From an uncultured bacterium (GTDB taxonomy: Bacteria; Patescibacteriota; Minisyncoccia; Phycocordibacterales; GWA1-40-21): a stretch of DNA of 64,000 nucleotides. The notes below the pieces were generated by a model, which worked only from the letters and a program-made list of their open reading frames with translations, did no database searches and had not been told where the DNA came from. The stretch covers positions 12,887 to 76,886 of the forward strand of contig CAWJAN010000005.1 in NCBI GenBank assembly GCA_963840885.1, written 5' to 3'. A program made the translations under genes and the position numbers. Every line of letters starts with the position of its first letter. Position 1 is the first letter of the stretch. Positions 9,054 to 19,651 of the stretch are shown here, piece after piece.

Positions 9054-10928
9054 ATGAAGAAAACTCTGTCTTATTTTGATTTTGACAATATCCTGGCTTT
9101 TTTTCTTGTTGCCGTTCTCGCTTCTAATTATTTTGATTTTCTTAAATTTTCATACAGCGATTATATTCTGATTGCCGTAGCTATCATAGCTACGCTTCCT
9201 GTAATAAAGAGCGCTTATTATTCTGTCTTGGATAAAAAGATATCCGTTGACTTGCTTGCTGCAATAGCCCTGGTATTTTCTCTTTTGAGCTGGGAATGGG
9301 TTTCGGCGATATTCATAAACCTCATGCTTACCTCATCAAGAATACTTACCACATACAACCAGAACAAAGCAAGAAAAAACATACAAGCCCTTCTTAAACT
9401 GAAACCAAAAAAAACAAAAATCAAGAATTCCGAAGGAAAAATAATTGAGGTAAAGCCGGAATCCGTAAAGATCGGAGATACGGTAATAGTCGCTCTCGGA
9501 GAAAGGATTCCTATTGACGGCTCGGTCATAAGTGGAAGCGCAAGCATAGATGAATCTTCCCTTACAGGCGAATCAATGCCGGTATCTAAATCCGTAGGAG
9601 ATATGGCTTACAGCTCGACTCTGGTAGTTTCCGGCGGACTCGAAATAAAAGCAGAAAAAGTCGGCGCAGAAACGACTCTCGAAAAAATAATAGAACTGGT
9701 TGAAAAAGCCCAGATAGACAAGCCGGAGATAAGAACTTTCGCTGAAAAATTCGCAACCTGGTACATAGTTGTTATTTTCATTGCTTCCATAGCGGCTTAT
9801 TTCATAACGCGCAGCTTGTCCTTCGTTTTGGCTCTTATGCTTGTTGTCTGCGCTGACGATGTAGCCGTTGCTGTTCCTCTGGCTTTCCTTACGGCAATAG
9901 GATATGCGGCAAAAAATGGAGTAATAATAAAAGGAGCAAGCTTTATCGAGGCCCTTAAGGATGTAAAAGTCATATTCCTGGATAAGACCGGCACGCTTAC
10001 GAAAGGTATTCTCAATGTAGAAAAATTCGTTCCATGCAATAACTGCGATAAGGAAAAAATACTCAGGTATGCCGGAATGGTCTCTGTCTTTTCAAACCAC
10101 CCTATTTCAGAAGCCATAGAAAAATATGCGGAGAAAGAATACGTGGACGGACCTAATGAATATCTTCCATCTGATTTCAAAGAAGTGCAGGGAAGCGGAA
10201 TAGGCGCGAATATAGGAGATGAATTATTTTCTATGGGAAAAATTTCCTATATCGAAAACCTCGGGGTAAAAGTCAGCGAAGATTTTAAAAAAGAGATTCT
10301 TTCCGAAGAGGATAAGGGATACAACGTTACAGTGGCTTCTCTGGGCGATAAATTCGTCGGATACTTTATCCTTGCTGATGAAATAAAAGTTAATATTAAA
10401 AAAGAAATCGAGGAACTCAAAAAACTCGGGATTGAGAGGATAATAATGCTTACAGGAGACAACGAGAGGGTGGCGAAAAGAATATCTGAAACTCTTGGAA
10501 TAACCGAATATTATGCCGGGCTCTTGCCGGAACAAAAGCTTGATTTCATAAGAAAAACCTTGAGCAAAAAATACAAAACGATGATGGTTGGCGACGGAGT
10601 AAATGATGCTGCAGCGCTCAGTCTGGCTGATATAGGGGTCGCCATGGGGATGGTAGGCATGGATGTAACCATAGAATCCGCAGACATAGTGCTTATGAAA
10701 GACGATTTCTCCAAAATAACAAAGATCATACAGATGTCTCATTATGTTATGAAAATTTCAAGCCAGGATTTTATTATATGGGGTATTACCAATATTGTCG
10801 GACTTATCGGGGTATTCGCCGGAATACTCGGACCGAGCGGAGCCGCGGCATACAATTTCCTTACCGATTTTCTGCCTGTGGCGAATTCAGGCAGGATATT
10901 TTTCCTATATTTAGGCAGAAAAAAGTGA
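9054..10928 (+). CDS. Heavy-metal/cation-translocating P1B-type ATPase (atypical CADD motif)
   Basis: TGES, DKTGT, HP, GDGVND motifs; TM motif VVCADD where CPC is usual. Confidence 0.9.
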   Translation: MKKTLSYFDFDNILAFFLVAVLASNYFDFLKFSYSDYILIAVAIIATLPVIKSAYYSVLDKKISVDLLAAIALVFSLLSWEWVSAIFINLMLTSSRILTTYNQNKARKNIQALLKLKPKKTKIKNSEGKIIEVKPESVKIGDTVIVALGERIPIDGSVISGSASIDESSLTGESMPVSKSVGDMAYSSTLVVSGGLEIKAEKVGAETTLEKIIELVEKAQIDKPEIRTFAEKFATWYIVVIFIASIAAYFITRSLSFVLALMLVVCADDVAVAVPLAFLTAIGYAAKNGVIIKGASFIEALKDVKVIFLDKTGTLTKGILNVEKFVPCNNCDKEKILRYAGMVSVFSNHPISEAIEKYAEKEYVDGPNEYLPSDFKEVQGSGIGANIGDELFSMGKISYIENLGVKVSEDFKKEILSEEDKGYNVTVASLGDKFVGYFILADEIKVNIKKEIEELKKLGIERIIMLTGDNERVAKRISETLGITEYYAGLLPEQKLDFIRKTLSKKYKTMMVGDGVNDAAALSLADIGVAMGMVGMDVTIESADIVLMKDDFSKITKIIQMSHYVMKISSQDFIIWGITNIVGLIGVFAGILGPSGAAAYNFLTDFLPVANSGRIFFLYLGRKK

Positions 10929-10943
10929 TATAATAAAAAAATT

Positions 10944-12047
10944 ATGGATCGGCAAGATAAAAAACAATACGGTTCGTTTGTTTTCATCTCCGTAATGCTT
11001 TCTTTGGTTTTGTCCTTTCAAGTTGCAAACGCATCAATAACTACTGATCTGTCGGCCGGAATAACAAGTGCCGTAAAATTCATAGTCCAGGACGTATTGG
11101 GCGGGGTTAAAAGCCAATTTTGCAACCTTTATTTGTCCGAAACACAGAACGGTGCCTGGAAACAGGGCGATATCCAGACAAATATAGGGGGAAAAATATG
11201 CCAAGGCTATACGCCGCCATTAAGTAATCCGATAAATTTAAATACCGCTCTGGACGCAAGCGGAACCGGCACCTCATTTGCTCCTTCTTCGTTGCCAGAT
11301 ACAAGCGGCACGGCAACATTCACTCCGCAAACAAGCACTCCCGGAGCGCTCATGGGAGATGTGACGGCAGAAGGCACAAATCTTGATTCTTACTCCATAA
11401 TATATTGGACTAACATAGAAAGGCAGAGCGAAGGAACAGGCCTTTCTTCTCTGAATGAAAACGGCGTGCTTGATTCCATTGCCGCGGAAAGGGTCAATGA
11501 CATGTTCAATAAAGGATACTTTGCCCATATTTCTCCGACAGGCGATAGCGCCTCAAAAGAAGCTGACTCTTTCGGATATGATTATATAAATCTAGGAGAA
11601 AATATAGCTCTTGGAAATTTCGGCGGATCCAGAGACCTCTTGCTTGCTTGGATGGCAAGCCCTGGACATAGGGCGAATATCTTGAATGCAAATTACACTG
11701 AAATAGGGGTTGCTGCGGTACAAGGAATGTATCAGGGACAAAAAGTTTGGATAGCTGCCCAGATTTTTGGAAGGCCAGTTTCAAGCTGCACCGAACCTGA
11801 AACCTCATTGAAATCCCAGATAGATGCCGGAAAAAGCACAGCGAGCGACCTGATGTCTCAGATACAGAGCCTGCAAACTGAAATAACCGCTATGGATAAA
11901 TCGAATGTAACGGAATATGATGCCAAAGTCGCAGATTATAATGCGCTTGCAAAACAGTACGACGATATGGCTGCGAGCGTAAAAAGCCTCGTGTCTGAAT
12001 ATAATACCGAGGTGCAAACATTTAACGACTGCATTAAATCAAAATAA
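10944..12047 (+). CDS. CAP/SCP-domain secreted protein with C-terminal coiled coil
   Basis: TNIER, YFAH, GENIA, WMASPGHRANIL. Confidence 0.9.
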   Translation: MDRQDKKQYGSFVFISVMLSLVLSFQVANASITTDLSAGITSAVKFIVQDVLGGVKSQFCNLYLSETQNGAWKQGDIQTNIGGKICQGYTPPLSNPINLNTALDASGTGTSFAPSSLPDTSGTATFTPQTSTPGALMGDVTAEGTNLDSYSIIYWTNIERQSEGTGLSSLNENGVLDSIAAERVNDMFNKGYFAHISPTGDSASKEADSFGYDYINLGENIALGNFGGSRDLLLAWMASPGHRANILNANYTEIGVAAVQGMYQGQKVWIAAQIFGRPVSSCTEPETSLKSQIDAGKSTASDLMSQIQSLQTEITAMDKSNVTEYDAKVADYNALAKQYDDMAASVKSLVSEYNTEVQTFNDCIKSK

Positions 12048-12049
12048 AA

Positions 12050-12556
12050 ATGGTACTTGCGGCACATTCCATAGTAGGCGCAGCTCTTGCGAATATGTTT
12101 CCTGATAATCCGGCAGCCGGATTCTTGCTTGCATTTGCAAGCCATTACGTAATAGACGCCATTCCGCACAGGGAATACGATATAGAAGGATTCTTTGACG
12201 AAAAAAATAAAAAGTTCAATTCTGTTTTCAGCAGCCTCATATCACTCAAAAGATTCTTCATGATAGGCTCTGATTTCGGAATTGGAATAATATTATCGCT
12301 ATTGATTTTTGCGCGCGACGAAAAAAGCCTGATCGCCACGCTTCTCGGTATTTTGGGCGGGGTTTTGCCGGATGCGCTGCAATTTTTTTACTATAAGTAC
12401 AAAATCGAACCGTTTGTTTTCATACAGAAATACATACATGACGTATTCCATAGCCACGACAAGATGTATGACCGTCCGATACGCGGATATATAAACCAGA
12501 TAATTACGGTAGCAGTTTTTATACTGCTGTTTTTCTTGGTAAAGACTAAGCTCTGA
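12050..12556 (+). CDS. Membrane protein, metal-dependent hydrolase-like
   Basis: H..VG, SHYVIDAIPH, LPD, H..FH motifs with TM helices. Confidence 0.6.
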   Translation: MVLAAHSIVGAALANMFPDNPAAGFLLAFASHYVIDAIPHREYDIEGFFDEKNKKFNSVFSSLISLKRFFMIGSDFGIGIILSLLIFARDEKSLIATLLGILGGVLPDALQFFYYKYKIEPFVFIQKYIHDVFHSHDKMYDRPIRGYINQIITVAVFILLFFLVKTKL

Positions 12557-13229
12557 TAAGATCTTCAAGTTCTTCTCCTTCTATTTTCCTGTACTGTCCT
12601 GGATTCAAGTCGCCTAATCTTACGTTCATAAAACGGACTCTTTTAAGGGATTCTATAGGCAGGTTGAACGCATCACACATCCTCCTTATCTGATGTTTTT
12701 TGCCTTCCGAAAGAGTTATGGAAAAAACCTTGTCTGCGATAAGCTTTGTCCTGGCCGGCTTTGTTTCAAGATCTCCTTCGAGTTCCATGCCTCTTTCCAT
12801 TACTTTCAGCTGATGCGGTTTTACGGGAATCCTTGTCTTAACGATATATTCTTTTTCGTGATTATAGACAGGATTCAAAAGCTTATCTGTAATTCTTCCA
12901 TTGTCAGTAAGTATAAGCAGGCCTTCCGAATCCTTATCCAGCCTGCCGATAGGGAATATGCCTTTTATTCCTATCGAGCTCGCCACGTCCTTTTCTCCTT
13001 TTTTCTGCCTTACCGTTATAAGGCCTCTCGGCTTGTAATAAGCATAATAAGAAAAATCTTTTTTTATGCCGTTTTTAATTTCAACTTTGTCTTCGGAGCT
13101 CACTTTGTCTCCGAGCACTGCTTTTCTGCCGTTAACAAAAATCTTGCCGGCTTCTATAAGCCTGTCTATATGCCTTCTTGAAAGAGAGTGCTTGTCTGCC
13201 AAATATTTGTTTATCCTGGTCTTTTCCAT
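12546..13229 (-). CDS. rRNA pseudouridine synthase (RsuA/RluF family)
   Basis: S4 domain RINKYLA, YYKPRG, GRLDKDSEGL, EGKKHQIRRM. Confidence 0.93.
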   Translation of the reverse strand: MEKTRINKYLADKHSLSRRHIDRLIEAGKIFVNGRKAVLGDKVSSEDKVEIKNGIKKDFSYYAYYKPRGLITVRQKKGEKDVASSIGIKGIFPIGRLDKDSEGLLILTDNGRITDKLLNPVYNHEKEYIVKTRIPVKPHQLKVMERGMELEGDLETKPARTKLIADKVFSITLSEGKKHQIRRMCDAFNLPIESLKRVRFMNVRLGDLNPGQYRKIEGEELEDLIRA

Positions 13230-13277
13230 AATCACGTCTAATCTAGCATCTTTAGCAAATATTTAAAACATGCTAGA

Positions 13278-13907
13278 ATGCTTTCCGTTATGATACCGCA
13301 TGTAGTTGCGCACGATACATTTTTCATAAGCACCGTGGAACAATTCTCATATCTGGGAATATTCTTTTTTGCTATTGCTTCCGGATACATAATACCGGTG
13401 CCAGAAGAAATAACCCTGCTCATTGTAGGATATATGGCAAGAATGCGGATAATCCACCTTACTCCGGCAATATTCATAATCATAATAGCCTTCATAATAG
13501 GAGATAATATCATCTACAGGCTCGTGCTTAAAAACAATAAATTTGTTGCTAAGCTCATACACGACGTGCTTTCTCTTAAGTTCATCGTCAGGAATAAAAA
13601 ATTCCTGGACAAGCATATACATCTGACAATATTCATCACTAGATTCTTCCCGTTTTTGCGCTTCGTGGGCCCGGTTTACGCCGGATATACAAAAGCGAAA
13701 GAAAGCATATTCCTGACATTCAATACTCTGGCTATAGCCATATATGCGCCAATGGTTATGCTTATAGGGTATTACTTCACAGGAAATTTCGGCCAGATAG
13801 CCGGACAAATAATGAGAGCTAGGCACGTAATAGTCGTGCTAGCATGGATAATAATCGGACTTATAATAACAAGGATAACCGACTACGTATTCAGGCAAAA
13901 CAATTAA
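13278..13907 (+). CDS. DedA family membrane protein (start may be 13290)
   Basis: PVPEE..L..G, GD..Y, RFFPFLR. Confidence 0.85.
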   Translation: MLSVMIPHVVAHDTFFISTVEQFSYLGIFFFAIASGYIIPVPEEITLLIVGYMARMRIIHLTPAIFIIIIAFIIGDNIIYRLVLKNNKFVAKLIHDVLSLKFIVRNKKFLDKHIHLTIFITRFFPFLRFVGPVYAGYTKAKESIFLTFNTLAIAIYAPMVMLIGYYFTGNFGQIAGQIMRARHVIVVLAWIIIGLIITRITDYVFRQNN

Positions 13908-13927
13908 AACGCCTTAGCGGCGTTTTA
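13906..13927. terminator. Bidirectional terminator between convergent genes
   Basis: aaaacgcc-ttagc-ggcgtttt. Confidence 0.6.
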
Positions 13928-13930
13928 ATT

Positions 13931-14650
13931 TTAAGAGAGAATCGAAAAGTGAAAAGATTTTTGCATTATTTCCAGGACCTCATCCTCGGAATCAACTATT
14001 TTGTATATTTTTTCATCCTCTGCGCTTATGGTCTTATATTCTCTGCTGAGTTTTTCGTCTATGAGTTCCAGAACCGGTTTCCAGAAATCGCTTCCCACGA
14101 GTATAACCGGCCTTCTTTCGACTTTATTTGTCTGGATAAGCGTAACGAGCTCGAAAAATTCATCAAGTGTTCCGAAACCGCCAGGAAAATAAATGTAAGC
14201 CTGCGCGTAGAAAAAAAGCAGCGCTTTCCTGTCGAAAAAATATTCGAAATCTGCTGATTCCGTAACGTATTTGTTTGTCATCTGCTCCTTAGGAAGCTTT
14301 ATAGTTATTCCTAAAGATATTCCTCCGGCTTCATAGGCTCCGCGGTTTGCAGCCTCCATTATTCCAGGTCCTCCTCCGGTAACAACCGCATAATTAAGTT
14401 TTTTTACTATTTGGGAAGCTAAAGACCTGGCAAGCTGGTAAAACCTGTTATCTTCGGTGAATCTTGCGGAACCGAGAATGCTGACTGTTTTAGGATATTT
14501 TTTTATCAGATCGTAGCCTTTGCTTAATTCTACAATGCTTGTCCTTTTTCTTTTCCTTATAATTTTATCCATTCTCTCTAGGGTGAGAGGTCCGGATTCT
14601 ATCTGGTTTCCGTATTTTATGTTCTTATCGTTCGTAAAAAATCTTAACAT
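13931..14650 (-). CDS. LOG family / TIGR00730 Rossmann-fold protein
   Basis: GSAR, TGGGPGIMEAANRGA, PGGFGTLDE. Confidence 0.92.
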   Translation of the reverse strand: MLRFFTNDKNIKYGNQIESGPLTLERMDKIIRKRKRTSIVELSKGYDLIKKYPKTVSILGSARFTEDNRFYQLARSLASQIVKKLNYAVVTGGGPGIMEAANRGAYEAGGISLGITIKLPKEQMTNKYVTESADFEYFFDRKALLFFYAQAYIYFPGGFGTLDEFFELVTLIQTNKVERRPVILVGSDFWKPVLELIDEKLSREYKTISAEDEKIYKIVDSEDEVLEIMQKSFHFSILS

Positions 14651-14803
14651 GTGTTTTTTGGGAAAATTCTTATAAAATCGCCTGTAAATTATACCATAAA
14701 AGCTACAATAAACTTTTCAACACAGTATAATTGTTATTATTGGCTTCTTTGTTATAATTATGCCCATATTAGCAATTTAAAAAAACCATTATTTATCAAA
14801 ATT

Positions 14804-15265
14804 ATGATTGACAAAAAAACCGGAATAGCTGTAGCGATTTCCCTCACTGTCATTCTTCTAGCATTCGGCGGTGCAAATTATTTAACACAAATTTTCTCTG
14901 GTCAGGAAAATAACCAACAACAGACAGCTTCAGTGACACCACAAGATCAGCTTCAAATTCAGGACGTTGCCACAGGAACAGGAACTGTGGCCGTAGCAGG
15001 AAAACAGGTCACGGTAAACTATACCGGAGTCTTCGAAGACGGCACGAAATTCGACAGCTCCATCGACAGAGGCCAGCCTTTCACATTTACCCTCGGTGCA
15101 GGCCAGGTGATAAAAGGGTGGGATATCGGAGTCGAAGGAATGAAGGTCGGCGGAAAAAGAATCATAGTGGTTCCTCCTTCGCTCGGATACGGCGCAAACG
15201 ATTACGGGCCTATTCCTGGAAATTCGACTTTGATTTTCTACATAGAACTATTAGACGTAAAATAA
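14804..15265 (+). CDS. FKBP-type peptidyl-prolyl isomerase with N-terminal anchor
   Basis: VNYTG, FDSS.DR..PF.F.LG..QVIKGWD, GYG, IP.NSTL.F.IEL; ATG at 14804. Confidence 0.93.
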   Translation: MIDKKTGIAVAISLTVILLAFGGANYLTQIFSGQENNQQQTASVTPQDQLQIQDVATGTGTVAVAGKQVTVNYTGVFEDGTKFDSSIDRGQPFTFTLGAGQVIKGWDIGVEGMKVGGKRIIVVPPSLGYGANDYGPIPGNSTLIFYIELLDVK

Positions 15266-16552
<1,287 letters not shown>

Positions 16553-16571
16553 AAAGTGATAAAATAAGATT

Positions 16572-17330
16572 ATGTCAGAATACTATAAGCCGAATAGGGG
16601 AGCAGCGTGGAATTACGGCGGAAAGAACTGGAGATTGAGCCGTTCAAAAATAGACCTCTTCTTAGAATGTCCTCATTGTTTTTATCTGGATAATAAGCTC
16701 GGCGTCAAACGGGTGCCAGGATTTCCTTTCAATCTCAATTCCGCTGTAGACCATCTGTTGAAAAAAGAATTCGATTTTCACAGGGCGAAAGGAACCGGAC
16801 ATCCTCTTATGAAGAAGTACTGCTTGGATCTGATACCGTTCAAGAATGAAAAGATGGACGAATGGAGAGATTCACTCAGAAAAGGGGTCCAGTATTTTGA
16901 TACGAAAAACGGATTCACCGTATCTGGCGGAGTCGACGATATATGGGTAGATAAAAATGGTGATTTGACCGTCGTGGACTACAAAGCTACTTCTAAAGAC
17001 AAGGATATAGTTTCTCTGGATGAAAGCTGGCAGGATGGCTATAAAAGGCAGATGGAGGTATATCAATGGCTTCTCAGGAAAAACGGCTTCAAAGTTTCCG
17101 ACAGGGGATATTTTGTTTACTGCAACGGCAAAACCGACAAAGAAGCTTTTGACGCCAAACTCGAATTTGACGTAAATCTGGTTCCATATGACGGAAACGA
17201 TTCCTGGATTGAAAAAACGCTGGATGATATAAAAAAATGCCTGGAAGGCGGCACCTTGCCGGCTTCCAGCGAGAATTGCGATTACTGCTCATATTGCAAC
17301 TCAAGAAATGAAGCCGAAAAAAATAAATGA
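16572..17330 (+). CDS. PD-(D/E)XK nuclease family protein (RecB/Cas4-like)
   Basis: SRSKI...CPHCF, GGVDD, VVDYK, QMEVY, C-terminal CDYC. Confidence 0.8.
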   Translation: MSEYYKPNRGAAWNYGGKNWRLSRSKIDLFLECPHCFYLDNKLGVKRVPGFPFNLNSAVDHLLKKEFDFHRAKGTGHPLMKKYCLDLIPFKNEKMDEWRDSLRKGVQYFDTKNGFTVSGGVDDIWVDKNGDLTVVDYKATSKDKDIVSLDESWQDGYKRQMEVYQWLLRKNGFKVSDRGYFVYCNGKTDKEAFDAKLEFDVNLVPYDGNDSWIEKTLDDIKKCLEGGTLPASSENCDYCSYCNSRNEAEKNK

Positions 17331-18106
17331 AAACAGTAAAAATAATTTTTATAGCGCTTGCGGCATTATCGTTCGCACAAAATTCTTTTGCGGCTGATGC
17401 CAAGATAAATGCCGGAGTTTTGCCGAGCATCTGGTATTCCACCACCACTCCTTCCATCGATGAAAATATTGAAATATACGGGGGCATCCAAAACCATTCG
17501 GATTTGACGCTTTCTATTGAAGCTGTTTTTTATGTGGATGGAATGCCAAATTCAAAAATGATATTCATTTCCAATCCAAAAACGCTGATAGAAATATCAA
17601 GCCCTTGGACCGGTATATACGGCAATCATTCGATTCAGATAATATTGGACCGGATTTCAAGCGGCACTTCAACGGAAATGGCTACTAGTTCGCTAACTGC
17701 ATATGAAAGCGACAAAAACACTATAAATGTGTCGAATAATGTCACATTAGGATATATCGAAAATAGCGCCGTGGCTATAGCGGCAAATATGATAAGTTCT
17801 ATAGATAATTCCGCAAATAATCTGGCTGATCAGATAGAGACGCTCAAAAAGCCGGTTTCTGAAAATTCCGGCGCCGCTTATTCCGAAAATTCTCCGGAAT
17901 CGTCAGGTACTTCAGAAAATATTCAAATACCTGGAACCAGAAAGGTAACGCCAGCTTCCGTATTGTCGGCTGTCACTAATAGCAATATTTTCAAAACGGC
18001 ATACAATTATTTTATAGATTTTTTTAGCCTTATAATAAGGAACTGGGTGGTAAGCCTGGCCATACTTCTTTTTCTAATGTTTATTTTTAAATTCATGACA
18101 GGCTGA
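17327..18106 (+). CDS. Hypothetical secreted/membrane-anchored protein
   Basis: Signal peptide, beta-rich domain, C-terminal TM; ATGA overlap with the upstream gene. Confidence 0.65.
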   Translation: MKTVKIIFIALAALSFAQNSFAADAKINAGVLPSIWYSTTTPSIDENIEIYGGIQNHSDLTLSIEAVFYVDGMPNSKMIFISNPKTLIEISSPWTGIYGNHSIQIILDRISSGTSTEMATSSLTAYESDKNTINVSNNVTLGYIENSAVAIAANMISSIDNSANNLADQIETLKKPVSENSGAAYSENSPESSGTSENIQIPGTRKVTPASVLSAVTNSNIFKTAYNYFIDFFSLIIRNWVVSLAILLFLMFIFKFMTG

Positions 18107-18110
18107 TGCT

Positions 18111-18374
18111 ATGATTAAGAAAAAATATATAATTATACTTTTAGCTATTTTTCTCGTTCTTTCGGCTTTTGCGGCGTACTATATATATTATCTGAACATG
18201 GCCCACAGTACGTTCGAAAACTATTATGCTTTTCGTGGTTGCACAACCTTGGTTGAAAAAACCGATACTTATGGAATCTGTAATACAGATTCCGGACAAA
18301 CAATAAAAATAGTTAAATTCCAAAATGCATGGTATCTGGATGGCGACCTGCCATGCAGCTTTTTGTGTTTCTAG
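18111..18374 (+). CDS. Hypothetical membrane-anchored small protein
   Basis: N-terminal TM, FENYYAFRGC...C...WYLDGDLPC. Confidence 0.6.
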   Translation: MIKKKYIIILLAIFLVLSAFAAYYIYYLNMAHSTFENYYAFRGCTTLVEKTDTYGICNTDSGQTIKIVKFQNAWYLDGDLPCSFLCF

Positions 18375-18448
18375 TGGGCGATACAGGGTTCGAACCTGTG
18401 ACCTTGCGAATGTGAATCGCACGCTCTAACCAACTGAGCTAATCGCCC
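18375..18448 (-). tRNA. tRNA-Val(CAC)
   Basis: gggcgat acceptor, D-arm gctcagttggttagagc, anticodon arm tgcga-ttCACat-tcgca, ggttcgaacc T-loop; CCA not encoded. Confidence 0.95.
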
Positions 18449-18593
18449 CGAATATTTTTTTGTAAATTTGCAAGCGCACCAAACTAGCCCAAACAGCTAA
18501 TCGCCCTACTCAAAAATTTATATCATGAAAAAAACTTTAATACTATTTTGATTTTTATCATATTATATAATATACTTTGCGGGTTATTATTTT

Positions 18594-18666
18594 GGGCCGC
18601 TAGCTCATTTGGTAGAGCGCATCCATGGCATGGATGAGGCGACCGGTTCGATCCCGGTGCGGTCCA
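18594..18666 (+). tRNA. tRNA-Ala(GGC)
   Basis: G3:U70 pair, anticodon arm catcc-atGGCat-ggatg, ggttcgatcc T-loop. Confidence 0.95.
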
Positions 18667-18684
18667 CTAGGAGCGGATAATAAA

Positions 18685-18755
18685 GGGCCTATAGTATAGT
18701 GGTAGCACGCGTCATTCGCATTGACGAGACCCGGGTTCGACTCCCGGTAGGTCCA
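18685..18755 (+). tRNA. tRNA-Ala(CGC)
   Basis: G3:U70 pair, anticodon arm cgtca-ttCGCat-tgacg, ggttcgactcc. Confidence 0.93.
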
Positions 18756-18802
18756 CATAAGAATAAAATGAAAAGCGGTTTTCATTTTATTCTTATGTGG
18801 AC
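18751..18802. repeat. Perfect 24-bp inverted repeat overlapping the tRNA-Ala(CGC) 3' end
   Basis: gtccacataagaataaaatgaaaa-gcgg-ttttcattttattcttatgtggac. Confidence 0.9.
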
Positions 18803-18904
18803 GGCGTAGGTATATTTTGCACAGCAGTACAAAATACCGAGCCAGGGTCGTGAAAATTTTCGAGTGACAGCAAGAAAATTATTCCTGACCACAAGTTGAA
18901 TATT

Positions 18905-18976
18905 CGGAGCGTGGTGTAACGGTAACATATACGATTCGGGTTCGTATGACTCCGGGTTCAAATCCCGGCGCTCCGA
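18905..18976 (+). tRNA. tRNA-Pro(CGG)
   Basis: cggagcg acceptor, anticodon arm tacga-ttCGGgt-tcgta, ggttcaaatcc. Confidence 0.93.
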
Positions 18977-19062
18977 CAATTAAATTTTTATTGACACCTC
19001 AAATCAAATAACATAAAGTTATTTGAAAGAGTTCTTAATTGAAATTTCAAAGGAGGTGCATT

Positions 19063-19272
19063 ATGTCTTCAAAAAAGAAAACTGCGCCTGCTTTTTTGCA
19101 GGATACGTGGATAAAAAATGAGCAGAGAGATGCAAAATTCGGCGATACTTTCCGGCCTCTATTGCTTCTTGGCGTAGCCACTATGTGTCCTTATTGCAAT
19201 ATGGTCATAAGCAATGAATATCTTCTTGACGGGCATGATTGCCCCGAGTGCAAGAAAAGGATCAAAGATTAA
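19063..19272 (+). CDS. Small Zn-ribbon orphan protein (paralog 1)
   Basis: CPYC...SNEY...CPEC; AGGAGG SD at 19051; TTGACA at 18991. Confidence 0.7.
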   Translation: MSSKKKTAPAFLQDTWIKNEQRDAKFGDTFRPLLLLGVATMCPYCNMVISNEYLLDGHDCPECKKRIKD

Positions 19273-19360
19273 TTATCTGTGGTCCTTTTTTGTTTGTTTG
19301 ACATGATATCTTATATAATTTAATATAAAAGCTAGGATTATTCTGAAAAGGAGGCGCGCT

Positions 19361-19561
19361 ATGGTTTTTGAGTTTACTCAACCGGAGCCGCCACAACCAA
19401 CTGGCGGACCGGACAAATATATAACCGAAGAAGACAAAAAGTTTTGCCTAGGCAATCTATCTATCTTGATAGATGAGAAAAGGGCAGAGCGTTGCAGGGG
19501 ATGCAACCGAATAACAAGCAATGAGTATATGAATGCGTTTCATCATTGTCCGGATTGCTGA
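19361..19561 (+). CDS. Small Zn-ribbon orphan protein (paralog 2)
   Basis: CRGC...SNEY...CPDC; AAGGAGG SD at 19348; TTGACA at 19298. Confidence 0.7.
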   Translation: MVFEFTQPEPPQPTGGPDKYITEEDKKFCLGNLSILIDEKRAERCRGCNRITSNEYMNAFHHCPDC

Positions 19562-19651
19562 GTTGGTTATAAAAACAAGAGCCGGATTAAACCGGCTCTT
19601 TCCATTTGTTTCTTGTAAAAAAGATATGGTATAATTATTTTTAGAAAACAT

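Noticed and set aside
14651-14803. N-terminal extensions of FKBP, ychF, grpE, 38271 and 38806 ORFs in the ORF track
   Set aside because: The extensions run through AT-rich promoter or terminator DNA; downstream starts fit homology and SD or -10 positions better.
18600-18979. Minus-strand ORFs of 61 and 65 aa
   Set aside because: They are antisense translations of tRNA genes.
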